Of a DNA stretch of 64,000 nt, positions 1 through 10,329 are shown one piece after another (positions within the stretch are counted from its first letter, which is position 1; the number at the start of each line of letters is the position of its first letter). Source of the DNA: an uncultured Gammaproteobacteria bacterium (GTDB lineage: Bacteria; Patescibacteriota; Microgenomatia; UBA10105; UBA927); NCBI GenBank assembly GCA_964573695.1, contig CAZNKB010000005.1, positions 46,012-110,011 of the forward strand. Direction: 5' to 3'. Below the pieces are notes generated by a model that did no database searches, was not told the origin of the DNA, and worked only from the letters and a program-made list of their open reading frames with translations. The position numbers and the translations under genes were made by a program.

Positions 1-525
1 GCCTTTTATCTTCTTCATGTGCCGCAGGGCGAATTGGATACGTTTTCCGAGGCTCTTACAAATCTCAAACGGAATACGGTTCTTTGTTCCCTATGCAAAA
101 ACGTAACAGAGAAAGACCCGTGTATTATCTGCGGCAACCCGAACCGAGACACGCGGATCATTTGTGTGGTTGAGCAGCCCACTGATGTGCTCTCGATCGA
201 AAAAACCGGGAAGTATAACGGCGTGTATCATGTGTTACATGGCAGCATAGACCCGCTCAATAACATTGGTCCGGACGAACTCTATATCGGCGATCTTATC
301 AAACGCGTCCAGGCGGCGACATACCCGGTCGAAGAGGTCATATTGGCGACAAATCCCAATATGGAAGGTGAAGCAACAAGTATGTATATACAGAAGCAAA
401 TACTGGGCAACAGTCCGAAGATAATAGTTACCAGACTCGCTCATGGGTTGCCTGTCGGGGCCGACATCGAATATGCTGATGAAGTGACATTATCTCGGGC
501 GTTGGAAGGGAGAAGGCAGTACTAG
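1..525 (+). CDS. recR: Recombination protein RecR (5' end outside window)
   Basis: C4 zinc finger (CSLC..CIIC), Toprim motifs VVEQPTD and ATNPNMEGEAT, C-terminal DEVTLSRALEGR; frame open back to base 1. Confidence 0.95.
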   Translation, partial: AFYLLHVPQGELDTFSEALTNLKRNTVLCSLCKNVTEKDPCIICGNPNRDTRIICVVEQPTDVLSIEKTGKYNGVYHVLHGSIDPLNNIGPDELYIGDLIKRVQAATYPVEEVILATNPNMEGEATSMYIQKQILGNSPKIIVTRLAHGLPVGADIEYADEVTLSRALEGRRQY

Positions 526-527
526 CT

Positions 528-833
528 ATGGTGACCAAAAAACAAATTGAAGACGTGCTAAAAACGATACCCGATCCTGAAATCGGGGTATCGCTGTGGG
601 ATTTGGGATTGATTTACGGGGTTACGATAGACAAAAAGACGGGGAATGTCACCGTGAAAATGACGCTCACGACGATCGGATGCCCATTATTTAGCCTTAT
701 ATCAGAGCCTATTAAGCGGGAAGTAGGAAATATATCAGGAGTAAAGGCTGTTGAGGTGGAGCTGACGTTTGATCCACCATGGAATACCGATCGCATGAGC
801 GAAACCGCTAAACAACAGTTGGGATTTGTATAA
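528..833 (+). CDS. DUF59/SufT-like Fe-S assembly protein
   Basis: DPEIGVSLWDLGLIY, TLTTIGCP and FDPPW motifs typical of DUF59. Confidence 0.85.
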   Translation: MVTKKQIEDVLKTIPDPEIGVSLWDLGLIYGVTIDKKTGNVTVKMTLTTIGCPLFSLISEPIKREVGNISGVKAVEVELTFDPPWNTDRMSETAKQQLGFV

Positions 834-834
834 T

Positions 835-1314
835 ATGGCTAACCCGGGAAGCATTCTCAATCAAATTGGTGAGTCGTTCGAAACGCTAACGAAAGATGTG
901 GCGCGCGAAACAGTGCAGGCCCCCAAAGACATCGTCGGTACGGCGCTTGAAAGTTTGGGAGCTTCAAGTGGCAAAAAACCCAAACAGACAGGGCAGTCTG
1001 TGCCGAAACAGGGTGATCCGGCCGGTACTTCAGAGGCAGCAGCGCCTTCAAACGGACCGAGTGACGAGGTCAAACGCGCAATCGCGAGAGCGGCGCTTCA
1101 GGAATTGTCCGGCAAATCACGACCCCGGGAAATGAGCGTATGGGAGAAACTCCAAAAGGAAGAAGAGCAAAAGAAAGAAATGGAGAAAAAACAAAAGGAA
1201 CAGGCGGCCAAACAGTCATTGCCTCAGCCGGCTGCTAAGAGGCCCCGTGGAGATTTATACGGTAAGAAAGCGAAACAAACCAACATGGAAAACAAAGCGA
1301 AACGCCAGGATTAA
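835..1314 (+). CDS. Hypothetical charged/low-complexity protein
   Basis: ORF fills the gap between DUF59 and cysS in the same orientation; no motif recognised. Confidence 0.6.
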   Translation: MANPGSILNQIGESFETLTKDVARETVQAPKDIVGTALESLGASSGKKPKQTGQSVPKQGDPAGTSEAAAPSNGPSDEVKRAIARAALQELSGKSRPREMSVWEKLQKEEEQKKEMEKKQKEQAAKQSLPQPAAKRPRGDLYGKKAKQTNMENKAKRQD

Positions 1315-1330
1315 TTATTTCAGCACCAAT

Positions 1331-2752
1331 ATGAAACTGTACAATTCGTTATCACGCACCATAGAGGATTTTGGGCCGCTTCATCCGCCGAAGGTCAGTT
1401 TATACACGTGTGGCATGACCGTCTATGATTTTGCACACATAGGGCACGGGAGGAAGTACGTCGGGGACGATATTTTGCGCAGAACTCTCACCCGTTTCGG
1501 GTATTTGGTAACGCATGTCCAAAACGTCACGGATGTGGGCCATCTTTCCTCGGATGCTGATGAAGGGGAAGACAAAATGGAAAAGGGTGCCAAAAAATAC
1601 GGCAAGACCGTGTGGGAAGTGGCGCAGTTTTACACAGAACAATTTTACGCATCCATGGATGCACTACATATTTTGCGCCCGACGGTTATATGCAAAGCGA
1701 CAGAGCACATACCGGAACAAATTGCGCTGATAGAAAAATTAATTGCCAATGGTTTGGCGTATGATACACAAGAAGCCGTCTACTTTGACGTGACGAAATT
1801 TCCGGGATATGCGTTGCTTTTTGGGCGCCAAACCCTTGAGGAAAAGAAGACGGCAGTGAGGGAAACGGTAAATGAAGGCGAGCATAAAAAGCACGCAGCT
1901 GACTTCGTGTTATGGTTTAAGCGTGTCGGCAGGTTTACCGACCATGCGATGCATTGGGATAGTCCCTGGGGCGACGGATTCCCCGGTTGGCATATAGAGT
2001 GCTCGGCGATGAGTATGAAATATTTGGGAGATTCGATTGATATCCATACCGGCGGCATTGATCATATACCCGTTCATCATCCCAATGAAATTGCCCAAAG
2101 CGAAGGTGCGACCGGTCAACCGTTCGTTAGGTATTGGGTACATTATAATTTCCTTCGTGTGAATGGCAAAAAAATGAGCAAGAGTTTGGGTAATTTTTTT
2201 ACGATAGATGACGTTGTGAAAAAAGGGGTCGATCCTTTAGCGCTTCGGTACTTTTACCTGACGTCACATTATCGGAGCGAGCTCAACTTTACCTGGGAAT
2301 CATTATCGGCCGCTGCAGCCGCCTTAGTCGAACTCCAGAAACAGGTAGTACTACTCAAAGCAAATACGACCGGTCGCCAAAGTTTAAGCGAAGAGAAACT
2401 TCATAAGGTCGATGAGTACCGGGCAAAGTTTGACGCGGCACTGGAAAACGATATGAATACTCCACAGGCGCTGGCGGTAGTCTGGGAAACACTCAAGTCA
2501 AACATCCCAAGTCCGGACAAATATGACCTTCTTATGGATTTTGACGAAGTACTAGGGCTTCAATTGTCCCACGTTGCAACGCCGACTAAGCATGCGGCAG
2601 TTCCGGAGAGTGTGAGAGCTTTGGTAGAAAAACGCGATATGCTGCGGAAAGCCAAGCGGTTTGCAGAGTCCGATGCAGTTCGTGATGAGATCGCCGCACT
2701 TGGATTCGATATAGAGGATGCTTCTTCGGGTACTATTGTCCGGGCGAGGTGA
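1331..2752 (+). CDS. cysS: Cysteine--tRNA ligase
   Basis: HIGH motif (AHIGH), PGWHIECSAM, KMSKS; likely start MKLYNSL. Confidence 0.97.
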   Translation: MKLYNSLSRTIEDFGPLHPPKVSLYTCGMTVYDFAHIGHGRKYVGDDILRRTLTRFGYLVTHVQNVTDVGHLSSDADEGEDKMEKGAKKYGKTVWEVAQFYTEQFYASMDALHILRPTVICKATEHIPEQIALIEKLIANGLAYDTQEAVYFDVTKFPGYALLFGRQTLEEKKTAVRETVNEGEHKKHAADFVLWFKRVGRFTDHAMHWDSPWGDGFPGWHIECSAMSMKYLGDSIDIHTGGIDHIPVHHPNEIAQSEGATGQPFVRYWVHYNFLRVNGKKMSKSLGNFFTIDDVVKKGVDPLALRYFYLTSHYRSELNFTWESLSAAAAALVELQKQVVLLKANTTGRQSLSEEKLHKVDEYRAKFDAALENDMNTPQALAVVWETLKSNIPSPDKYDLLMDFDEVLGLQLSHVATPTKHAAVPESVRALVEKRDMLRKAKRFAESDAVRDEIAALGFDIEDASSGTIVRAR

Positions 2753-2777
2753 TACTTCGTGAGCCTAGCACTTGCGG

Positions 2778-3182
2778 TTATTTCTGAACAATAGCCACGT
2801 CCGCCGCCGTTACCTGCTTTGAGACGACGTTAAAGGAATCGGAATTTACCGTGAAGGTAACTTTTGCTCCCGGTACTGCAGTAAACAGGCTAAATGTCTG
2901 TGGCGGGGTGACTGTCCAGGTGCCGTAGTTGACCGGCTTACCGCTTCTGCTTTCGGCAGCAAACTGGACGTCCAGCACTGTTATGGTTCCGGCTGTCTCG
3001 TCGATGTGATCGACTGTTCCCGTGAGTTTGAGCGTGTTTATGACTCCTGCCTTTGCTCGGATGTCCGTTGCCGAACTTTGGTTATTTTTGACGACGTTTA
3101 TAATAGCGGTCGTGATTACCCCCACAATGATAAGGGCCCCGAGTGCTATCGCGTAGACCATGGAATCAGGTCTTTTGTTCAT
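2778..3182 (-). CDS. Hypothetical membrane-anchored protein
   Basis: One N-terminal TM helix followed by a beta-rich domain. Confidence 0.6.
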   Translation of the reverse strand: MNKRPDSMVYAIALGALIIVGVITTAIINVVKNNQSSATDIRAKAGVINTLKLTGTVDHIDETAGTITVLDVQFAAESRSGKPVNYGTWTVTPPQTFSLFTAVPGAKVTFTVNSDSFNVVSKQVTAADVAIVQK

Positions 3183-3189
3183 TATGTAC

Positions 3190-4338
3190 TCATTGTGCAA
3201 TGTAGGGCAGTACAGTGTCAAGCGCGTGCGCGGCCTGTGTATTCCAATCGAGTGACACGCCCAATGATCTGGCCTGGCGGCCCAGATCCGCTCTCTTTCC
3301 GGGATTTCGGAGTAAACGAATTATCGCCTCGGAAAATTCCGGCACGTCAAATAGTTTTACGAGTATAACCCCCTTGGGGTAGACGATTTTTCGTAAATTA
3401 TAGGCAACTCCCGGCACGCCGCATGCAAGCGCTTCGTCTAGAGCGAGATTTCCCGTGTCATAGTGCGACGACGAAATAAACATCCGTGAGGATACAAGAA
3501 GGTTAAATTTGTCGGTTCCGTCGATTTGATCTAGGAGTGAAATGTTTTTTTCGAGTTTACAATCTGTGATAGCCTGGCGTAGCGCTCCCTTTAGAAATCC
3601 CGCTCCGGCGATTGCCAGTCGGGCACGGGGCAATATTCGGGTTACCAATTTCCAGATGTCGACGAGCTCTGTGATGTTTTTTTGTGGATGAAATCTTCCG
3701 ATGTAGACGGCATCGTAGACTTTTTCGTGGGCAGATAGCCTCGCTTGCGTGGCGGCTTTTATATCTGCTCCTCCCCTTATGGCTGTGGCGCGTTTGTGCC
3801 AGTGGGTTCGTATGTAGGTTGCGTCTACGGGGCTTGCGGTCCAGACGGTGTCTGCAAACAGCCTCATAAGGGTGATCCCGATGAGGTACTCCAGCCAAAA
3901 CACCCAGCGGTTAAACAGATTGGAGCCGTATGTTTTTCGCCATGGGGGAAGAAGAAATATATAGCAACCTACCACAAGCAATGCGCGCGGGTGTTTGTGC
4001 GCATCGATAAGCGCAGGGAGTAAATCCTGTAAACTCCACGACCCGGCAAAGATAATCGCTGCATCCAATTGGGGACGTTTATACACGTCAATAACGGCAT
4101 TTAGGATGTGCGCAAGACTTGCCAGGAGTACGCTCTTGTAGTCGGTTTTGAGAATTCGGGCTACGGTCATTTGGTGGGAAGCTATGCCGCGTAAACGAAA
4201 AAAATCGACGGCGTCCTGACTTATGGACACGGTAGCCGTGTGTCCGGCAGCATTCCAAGCACGGGTAAATTCCGCCGCGATGACATCTCCGCCGCTTACA
4301 ACTTCATGGAAACTATGATCGTAGACGCGTATATTCAT
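3190..4338 (-). CDS. Glycosyltransferase family 4 (GT-B)
   Basis: SGG N-terminal motif, YIGRFHPQKN, EALACGVP. Confidence 0.85.
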   Translation of the reverse strand: MNIRVYDHSFHEVVSGGDVIAAEFTRAWNAAGHTATVSISQDAVDFFRLRGIASHQMTVARILKTDYKSVLLASLAHILNAVIDVYKRPQLDAAIIFAGSWSLQDLLPALIDAHKHPRALLVVGCYIFLLPPWRKTYGSNLFNRWVFWLEYLIGITLMRLFADTVWTASPVDATYIRTHWHKRATAIRGGADIKAATQARLSAHEKVYDAVYIGRFHPQKNITELVDIWKLVTRILPRARLAIAGAGFLKGALRQAITDCKLEKNISLLDQIDGTDKFNLLVSSRMFISSSHYDTGNLALDEALACGVPGVAYNLRKIVYPKGVILVKLFDVPEFSEAIIRLLRNPGKRADLGRQARSLGVSLDWNTQAAHALDTVLPYIAQ

Positions 4339-5366
4339 GGCACAAATATGTCATGACGCTTACTGAAATCGTCGCTAAACATTCTCGTATTTCCTCCGAG
4401 TAAATGGATTCGTTTGCCTATGGCAACTGCTGTAGAGGCATAGCGAGCTTCCCGTAAATCAGGATGCCGCGTCCAGGTGTCTGATTGAGAATTGTATTCG
4501 AATACATACGGTGATACTGCCCACCCTTGTTCTCCGCCAAATACGAATACCTTACTGCCCAATCCCACAGCGGCAAATCCGCACAACCGCATCGGGAGCG
4601 GGGAAGCGGTGTGCCACATATTTGATTTCGGATCATATACTTCATGCGTCGTAAGCGAGCCGAAACGATCTGTGTTATAGCCGCCTAACGCATGGAGTTT
4701 CCCTCCACTGACTGCAACAGCGAGATGTTCCCGTGGCGTGGGCATGTCTTGTCCGCGTGACCAGGATGATGAGGCGATATCATATATTTCGAGCGTTTTA
4801 TATTTACGGTTGTAGTCGGCACCTCCTACGGCGTAGAGCTTGCCATGTATGTATACTACTCCCAACGCACCCCGGCGAGTTGGCATGTCTGGTAAACGTC
4901 GCCACGAGAGGCTTTTCGGGTCATATTGCCACACGAGGGATAATGGCGCGATACGGATGCCGCACCCTCCAACGATATAGAGATATGTCTTGTCCGCAGT
5001 TACTCCGGGGTGGTGGGTCACATGCGGTACGTTAGGCAGCGACATCCACGTGCCCTTGCGCGCGTCGTAGCTTTCATATTTGGCGGTCGGCAGCCATACC
5101 GAGGGCTGAAAAATACCACCCGCAACATACATGACCTCTCCGATTGCAGCAGCTCCGAATTCGTATCGGTGTGACGGCAAATCCGCAGCATGGAGCATGC
5201 GGCTTTTGGCGGCTCGCGCCACTTTGAGCGCGGGTCCTTCAATATAAGTACGGTCTGGCCGGTGCCATAGATCGCGGAGTACATAAAGTATGCCAAGACC
5301 AAATCGTGTGAGGGCAAATAGTGGCGCAAGCAAGGGATTATGTTCCATATAGAGCGTCTTTCGCAT
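4335..5366 (-). CDS. Kelch-repeat beta-propeller protein
   Basis: About six repeats of (Y/V)xxGG...YD...W; start moved to MRKTLY so it does not overlap the ABC gene. Confidence 0.85.
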   Translation of the reverse strand: MRKTLYMEHNPLLAPLFALTRFGLGILYVLRDLWHRPDRTYIEGPALKVARAAKSRMLHAADLPSHRYEFGAAAIGEVMYVAGGIFQPSVWLPTAKYESYDARKGTWMSLPNVPHVTHHPGVTADKTYLYIVGGCGIRIAPLSLVWQYDPKSLSWRRLPDMPTRRGALGVVYIHGKLYAVGGADYNRKYKTLEIYDIASSSWSRGQDMPTPREHLAVAVSGGKLHALGGYNTDRFGSLTTHEVYDPKSNMWHTASPLPMRLCGFAAVGLGSKVFVFGGEQGWAVSPYVFEYNSQSDTWTRHPDLREARYASTAVAIGKRIHLLGGNTRMFSDDFSKRHDIFVP

Positions 5367-5421
5367 TATATCCGATTCTAGTGAGAAGGGGAAAAAAGGT
5401 GTAAGATATCCTACAGAGAGA

Positions 5422-7233
5422 ATGAAAAATATCGTCAGTATATTCCGGTTTACCAAGAACTTTCGGGGCTGGTACCTAGCGATGAGTTTTTTTATCATCG
5501 TGTCGGCACTGCTCAATTTTGTCACGCCCTTCGTACTCAAAAAAATTGTCGACGTAATTACCCTGCAAATAACCGGCTCCGGGGGGGAGATCACGGTAAT
5601 TTATTGGGCATTGGGTATATTGCTTGTTTCTGATGTGGCGGGTACCGTACTTACAGCCTACAGCATGTGGATCGGTGATCAGCTGGCCGTCAAACTTCAG
5701 ACGTTTCTGTCCTCACGGTTTTATCGTCATGTGTTATCACTCGATGTCGGATATTTTGACAGTATTGCCGTAGGTAACCTTACAAATAAATTGTACCGAG
5801 GGATCGCCAGCATTACGAGCTTTATCCAGAACGCGACGAATAACTTTCTGCCGTTTTTTCTCACGGCTTTTATTACGATCGGTATTCTCATGATGTATTC
5901 TCCGGTAGTCGGCATATTGCTTGCGGCACTCTTTCCGCTTTACACGGTCATAACACACCGTTCATCCGTAGCATGGGGTAAGCATGAGGGCAAAAAAAAC
6001 GAAATCGGGGATATTTCTCAGGGCAGAGCACTCGAAAGTCTTAGCGGCATACGGGTGGTTAAAGCGTTCGTAGGAGAGCTTTTTGAATTCAAAACATTTG
6101 TCGCCGCACGGGATAAGATAGAAGAAATCACCCGGCAACAGACGAAGGAGTGGCACGTATTCGATTTTTACCGCCGGATAGTATTAAACGTTATTCTGTT
6201 TATCATCATTTCATATATCTTGTATGAAACATATCACGGTATCTATTCACTTGGCGAGATGACGCTGTTGTTGCAGCTTGTCAATCAGGCGAGGTGGCCG
6301 CTTTTTGCCATGTCATTTATCATCGGCCAAATCCAACAGGCAGACGCCGGAAGCAAAGATTTTTTTGAGGTGCTAAATACCCGACCGGCTATCCTTGATA
6401 AGCCGGGAGCCAAAGTGCTCGCTTGGCCTAGATCGACAAGAGGATCTGTGCTTGACGTGCGCGACGTTTCTTTTGCCTATGGAAATAATTCCGAAGCAGT
6501 GCTCAAGCATATATCGTTTTCGCTTCGCCACGGGGAGAAGCTCGCGCTGGTCGGAGAAAGCGGCCAGGGAAAGTCAACACTTGTCAATTTAATTCTCCGC
6601 TACTATGTTCCGCAAAAGGGGATGATCGCGCTTGCCGGCAAAGACGTCTCGGGTGTAACAAGCGATTCGCTCAGAAAATGTATTTCCATAGTATTTCAGG
6701 ATGCGTTGCTTTTTTCGGGAACTATATCGGAAAATATCCGCTACGGAACTCCCGGCGCGACCGATAAACAAATGTACGAAGCGGCCAGGTTAGCAAACGC
6801 TACAGAATTTATCGATACACTTGAGCACAAGTATGAAACGACCATAGGTGAGCGGGGCGTCAAGCTCTCCGGAGGCCAGAAGCAGCGGATTGCTATCGCG
6901 CGGGCCATACTCCATGATGCGCCATTTATTATCTTAGACGAGGCGACAAGTTCGCTCGACAGTAAATCTGAATTATTGGTGCAGCAGGGACTTGCACATC
7001 TGACCCGTGGGAAAACGACGATTATCATCGCACACCGCTTATCGACACTTTCGGGTGTCGACAAGATTTTGGTGCTTCAGGGAGGGGAGGTTGGACAATT
7101 CGGTTCTCCGACAGAACTGCTTCGGGACAAGCGCGGCCTCTATGCGCGCATGATAGAGCTTCAAAAGACGCTCCTGGGGGCTTCCGAGGAAGAGCGCTCA
7201 CGCGCGCTTGAAAAATACGATTTGGTCGGATAA
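5422..7233 (+). CDS. ABC exporter, fused permease/ATPase (MsbA-like)
   Basis: TM domain, Walker A GESGQGKS, LSGGQKQR signature, ILDEATSSLD, IAHRLS. Confidence 0.95.
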   Translation: MKNIVSIFRFTKNFRGWYLAMSFFIIVSALLNFVTPFVLKKIVDVITLQITGSGGEITVIYWALGILLVSDVAGTVLTAYSMWIGDQLAVKLQTFLSSRFYRHVLSLDVGYFDSIAVGNLTNKLYRGIASITSFIQNATNNFLPFFLTAFITIGILMMYSPVVGILLAALFPLYTVITHRSSVAWGKHEGKKNEIGDISQGRALESLSGIRVVKAFVGELFEFKTFVAARDKIEEITRQQTKEWHVFDFYRRIVLNVILFIIISYILYETYHGIYSLGEMTLLLQLVNQARWPLFAMSFIIGQIQQADAGSKDFFEVLNTRPAILDKPGAKVLAWPRSTRGSVLDVRDVSFAYGNNSEAVLKHISFSLRHGEKLALVGESGQGKSTLVNLILRYYVPQKGMIALAGKDVSGVTSDSLRKCISIVFQDALLFSGTISENIRYGTPGATDKQMYEAARLANATEFIDTLEHKYETTIGERGVKLSGGQKQRIAIARAILHDAPFIILDEATSSLDSKSELLVQQGLAHLTRGKTTIIIAHRLSTLSGVDKILVLQGGEVGQFGSPTELLRDKRGLYARMIELQKTLLGASEEERSRALEKYDLVG

Positions 7234-7238
7234 TCCTT

Positions 7239-8285
7239 ATGAAGAAACGAATGTCGGTCGCGGCCCTTGTCGTCGTGACAGTGCTGGGTCTTTTCTTGTT
7301 TGATCGCTTGAGGCAGCGAAAAAATCAGGAGCAAGTTGCCAAATCGTTTTTTACCCTTCCCGGGTCTATGACGACCCCGACGCCGTTTCCGTTTTCTGAG
7401 ATGACGATACCGTATTTACGACAGCGTAACTATACAAGTGCCCTTGGAGAGCGAGAGCAAATTTCCGACGGTGCGGCATCGTATACGTCCTACGTTACCC
7501 GGTATGATTCGGACGGACTAAACATTCGGGGGTTACTCACGATTCCAAAGGGGACGATGCCTGAAAAAGGCTGGCCTGCCATAGTTTTTGTCCATGGGTA
7601 TATTCCTCCAACACTATACCGCACGAAAGAGAATTACGTGTCGTATGTCGATTCGCTTGCAAGAAACGGTTTTGTGGTATTCAAAATTGACCTTCGTGGT
7701 CATGATCAGTCTCAGGGAGAACCCGGAGGCGCGTATTATTCTTCCGATTACGTGGTAGATACGCTCAATGCGCGGGCGGCTCTTGCATCTTCGGATTTTG
7801 TTGACAAGACAAAGATCGGCCTTTGGGGTCATAGTATGGCGGGCAACGTGGTTATGCGTGCGTTTGCAGCACGGCCAGATATTCCTGCGGTAGTCATTTG
7901 GGCGGGAGCAGGGTATACGTATACGGATTTACTTACTTATAGAATATCGGACGCGAGTTACCGGCCGCCGCTTCTTACGACGCCACGGCAAGCCAGGCGC
8001 CAACAGCTTCGAGATACGTACGGGGAGTTTACGGAAAGTAGTCCATTCTGGCGGCAGGTTGCCGTTACGGATTATCTTAAAGATCTCAAAGGCGCTTTGG
8101 AGATTCACCATGCTGTTGACGACATGGTGGTAAGTGTCGAGTACAGCCGTAATCTTATGAAACTATTAGATGAGACAGATGTGACGCACAGGTTATACGA
8201 ATACTCCTCAGGAGGGCATAATATTTCGGGAGCAAATTTTCCCACAGCAATGCAGCGGACTGTAGAATTTTTTAGATCGCACTGA
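7239..8285 (+). CDS. Membrane-anchored alpha/beta hydrolase (S9-like peptidase)
   Basis: HG oxyanion motif, GHSMAG nucleophile elbow, DD and GGH catalytic Asp/His. Confidence 0.85.
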   Translation: MKKRMSVAALVVVTVLGLFLFDRLRQRKNQEQVAKSFFTLPGSMTTPTPFPFSEMTIPYLRQRNYTSALGEREQISDGAASYTSYVTRYDSDGLNIRGLLTIPKGTMPEKGWPAIVFVHGYIPPTLYRTKENYVSYVDSLARNGFVVFKIDLRGHDQSQGEPGGAYYSSDYVVDTLNARAALASSDFVDKTKIGLWGHSMAGNVVMRAFAARPDIPAVVIWAGAGYTYTDLLTYRISDASYRPPLLTTPRQARRQQLRDTYGEFTESSPFWRQVAVTDYLKDLKGALEIHHAVDDMVVSVEYSRNLMKLLDETDVTHRLYEYSSGGHNISGANFPTAMQRTVEFFRSH

Positions 8286-8299
8286 ATACCAGGATTCTC

Positions 8300-8884
8300 C
8301 TATCGCCTTGAGCGCCGCAACTTAAATACAAATGTGTTGATCAGAGCTCCCATAGGTAGTGGTAACGCGGGTGCTCCCTCGTCTGACACGAGGGTAACGG
8401 CATGCGTCTTTATATCAGGGATAATGTGAGCTGCGTGTTTTTCCCCGCCGCGTTTGGTTTGTAGGAGGAATATGCCGACGACCCGATTGCCGTTTCTTAC
8501 CTCGTCGTCTATTTGGGGAAGAGAAAGGGATTTTTCTACGATATGATAATCGCCTAATGCTTTGCCCAGCGGTGTGCCACGTTGCGCGAGTAATCGGGGC
8601 AAACGGCGTATATGACCGTTGTCTCTCGACATGAGTCGGTGACCGAGAGCTGAGGATTTCCTTTGCCCCATGCGCCTGGCGGAAGTGTACTCATATTCGA
8701 ATTGGGTATCATCCTGGGGGTCGAGTTGTATGAGGCGCTCTCTGTAGTCGCTTTCCTCGGCTCGCACGCCAACAGCAGAGCTAAATGCGCGAATGACACA
8801 GCCTTGATCTTCTTCGCGTTGTTTGTACCGAACAGCATCAAGATCAACGCCTAACCGTTTCATGGCATCTTTCCAAGATTCCAT
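8300..8884 (-). CDS. Hypothetical protein
   Basis: ATG overlaps the upstream stop (TAATG) and follows an AAAGGAG RBS; start MESWK. Confidence 0.6.
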   Translation of the reverse strand: MESWKDAMKRLGVDLDAVRYKQREEDQGCVIRAFSSAVGVRAEESDYRERLIQLDPQDDTQFEYEYTSARRMGQRKSSALGHRLMSRDNGHIRRLPRLLAQRGTPLGKALGDYHIVEKSLSLPQIDDEVRNGNRVVGIFLLQTKRGGEKHAAHIIPDIKTHAVTLVSDEGAPALPLPMGALINTFVFKLRRSRR

Positions 8885-9552
8885 TAGGTTATCTCCTTTG
8901 CTTTTTGGGGCACCAAAAATTGTGAAAGAGCACTTATTAAGCGCTGAGCATCGTTGTTTCGCACCACAAACGATAACTCCGTATATGTGGAGACGATTTC
9001 GATAATATTGATGCGTGAGGAGGCGAGTGCCGATATGAGGGTAAAGAGCATGTTGGGAATTTCTATATATTCCTGCTCGATAAACCGTACTGTTATGGCA
9101 GTCAAATCCATATACCGGCCTTTCGGGGGAGCGGGAAATTGGTTTACGATTTGGTCCAAATGCGCACTGTCGCATATGACCGTCAGTTCGTGTGTTCCTT
9201 GCGTTATGGCAAAAAAAGCCTCCGGGTTGACGATGAGTGTGTTGAGCTTTGCCGCGGCGATCACAGCTTCCTTGGTTTTTTCATATGTTATTTCGCTCAG
9301 GTTTGCCCGAAGCGACAATTCTTCGATTTTCACCGGGGGACGATAATCCGGCTCATCGAGGAATTTGCCCCGTATCCGAGACATGGAAACGACGATTGAT
9401 CCTACTGATACCGGCTTATAGAGCCGAGAACTGATTTGGGGTGCTATTTTTTTGGCATATGCACTCATGTTGAGGTAGCCGAGTTTGAGCGCTTCACGCG
9501 CAATGTCGTCTCCTTTGAAAATTTCTTCTATTACCTGGGATATTTTGATCAT
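8884..9552 (-). CDS. ACT-domain amino-acid-binding protein with putative N-terminal DNA-binding helix region
   Basis: LNMSAYA N-terminus and C-terminal ACT motif INIIEIVSTYTELSFVV. Confidence 0.75.
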   Translation of the reverse strand: MIKISQVIEEIFKGDDIAREALKLGYLNMSAYAKKIAPQISSRLYKPVSVGSIVVSMSRIRGKFLDEPDYRPPVKIEELSLRANLSEITYEKTKEAVIAAAKLNTLIVNPEAFFAITQGTHELTVICDSAHLDQIVNQFPAPPKGRYMDLTAITVRFIEQEYIEIPNMLFTLISALASSRINIIEIVSTYTELSFVVRNNDAQRLISALSQFLVPQKAKEIT

Positions 9553-9572
9553 ATGTTATAAATATAACATAT
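9551..9572. promoter_or_regulatory. Perfect 10-bp inverted repeat, candidate operator
   Basis: ATATGTTATA-AA-TATAACATAT overlapping the start codon of the ACT gene. Confidence 0.55.
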
Positions 9573-9654
9573 TTAGTCAAATGTAACAATTATTTATAAA
9601 ATTTACATATCCAATATACGCCCGTATACTCACGCAAGAGAGGAGGTGAGATAT

Positions 9655-9888
9655 ATGAGTGGTAATCAGGAGCGGAGACCACACCCGTCACTACGAGGCA
9701 TACAAGCGTATTTGGATCTTGTGTATGAACATATAGAAGAAGTCGCTTCCGGGCGCCGGATTATGTTTGGTCACGGTAGATTGAGTACGCACGTACCTCA
9801 TCGCCGAACGAAGATCCAAACAGTTCGGGACGAGCTTAGCAATAGGCACGAGAAAGGATCTGATCCGAAAAGTGGACCTGCTACATAA
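9655..9888 (+). CDS. Small hypothetical protein
   Basis: Strong AGGAGGTG RBS upstream of ATG; no motif recognised. Confidence 0.45.
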   Translation: MSGNQERRPHPSLRGIQAYLDLVYEHIEEVASGRRIMFGHGRLSTHVPHRRTKIQTVRDELSNRHEKGSDPKSGPAT

Positions 9889-9926
9889 GCGTTGCATTTG
9901 CCCCATGCTAGCTGGGGTAGATGCAG

Positions 9927-10322
9927 TTACAAAGCAATGATTTCAGGAAGCGGGGTTTCCTTCGGAACAAACCGAATCGAGAGTGAATTGACACAGTGCC
10001 GCGTGTTTTTGGGCGTATACCGTTCACCGGTAAAAACGTGCCCCAGGTGTCCATCGCAGTTACTACACCTGATTTCTACCCGATGTCCGTCGGGGTCAGG
10101 GAGCCTGCGCAGCGCATCAGGAAAATTGTCATCGAATGCGGGCCAGCCACATCCGGCGTCGAATTTCGCTTGGGAAGTGAAAAGCAGAGCGTTACATCGT
10201 CTGCAAATATACGTCCCTTCTTTGACAAAATTATCATACTCGCCGCTAAAAGGAGCTTCCGTTCCCCGGTTCACTATGACATAGGATTCTTCGTCAGAGA
10301 GAGGATTATACGCGGGTTTCAT
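9927..10322 (-). CDS. msrB: Methionine-R-sulfoxide reductase
   Basis: GTEAPFSG, CxxC pairs, GCGWPAF, GHLGHVF, RHCVNS. Confidence 0.95.
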   Translation of the reverse strand: MKPAYNPLSDEESYVIVNRGTEAPFSGEYDNFVKEGTYICRRCNALLFTSQAKFDAGCGWPAFDDNFPDALRRLPDPDGHRVEIRCSNCDGHLGHVFTGERYTPKNTRHCVNSLSIRFVPKETPLPEIIAL

Positions 10323-10329
10323 GAGGATA

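Noticed and set aside
5367-5594. Long N-terminal extensions in the ORF track (Kelch, cysS, S41, folD, yebC, DksA, 8300 ORF)
   Set aside because: They overlap neighbouring genes; family-typical starts lie downstream
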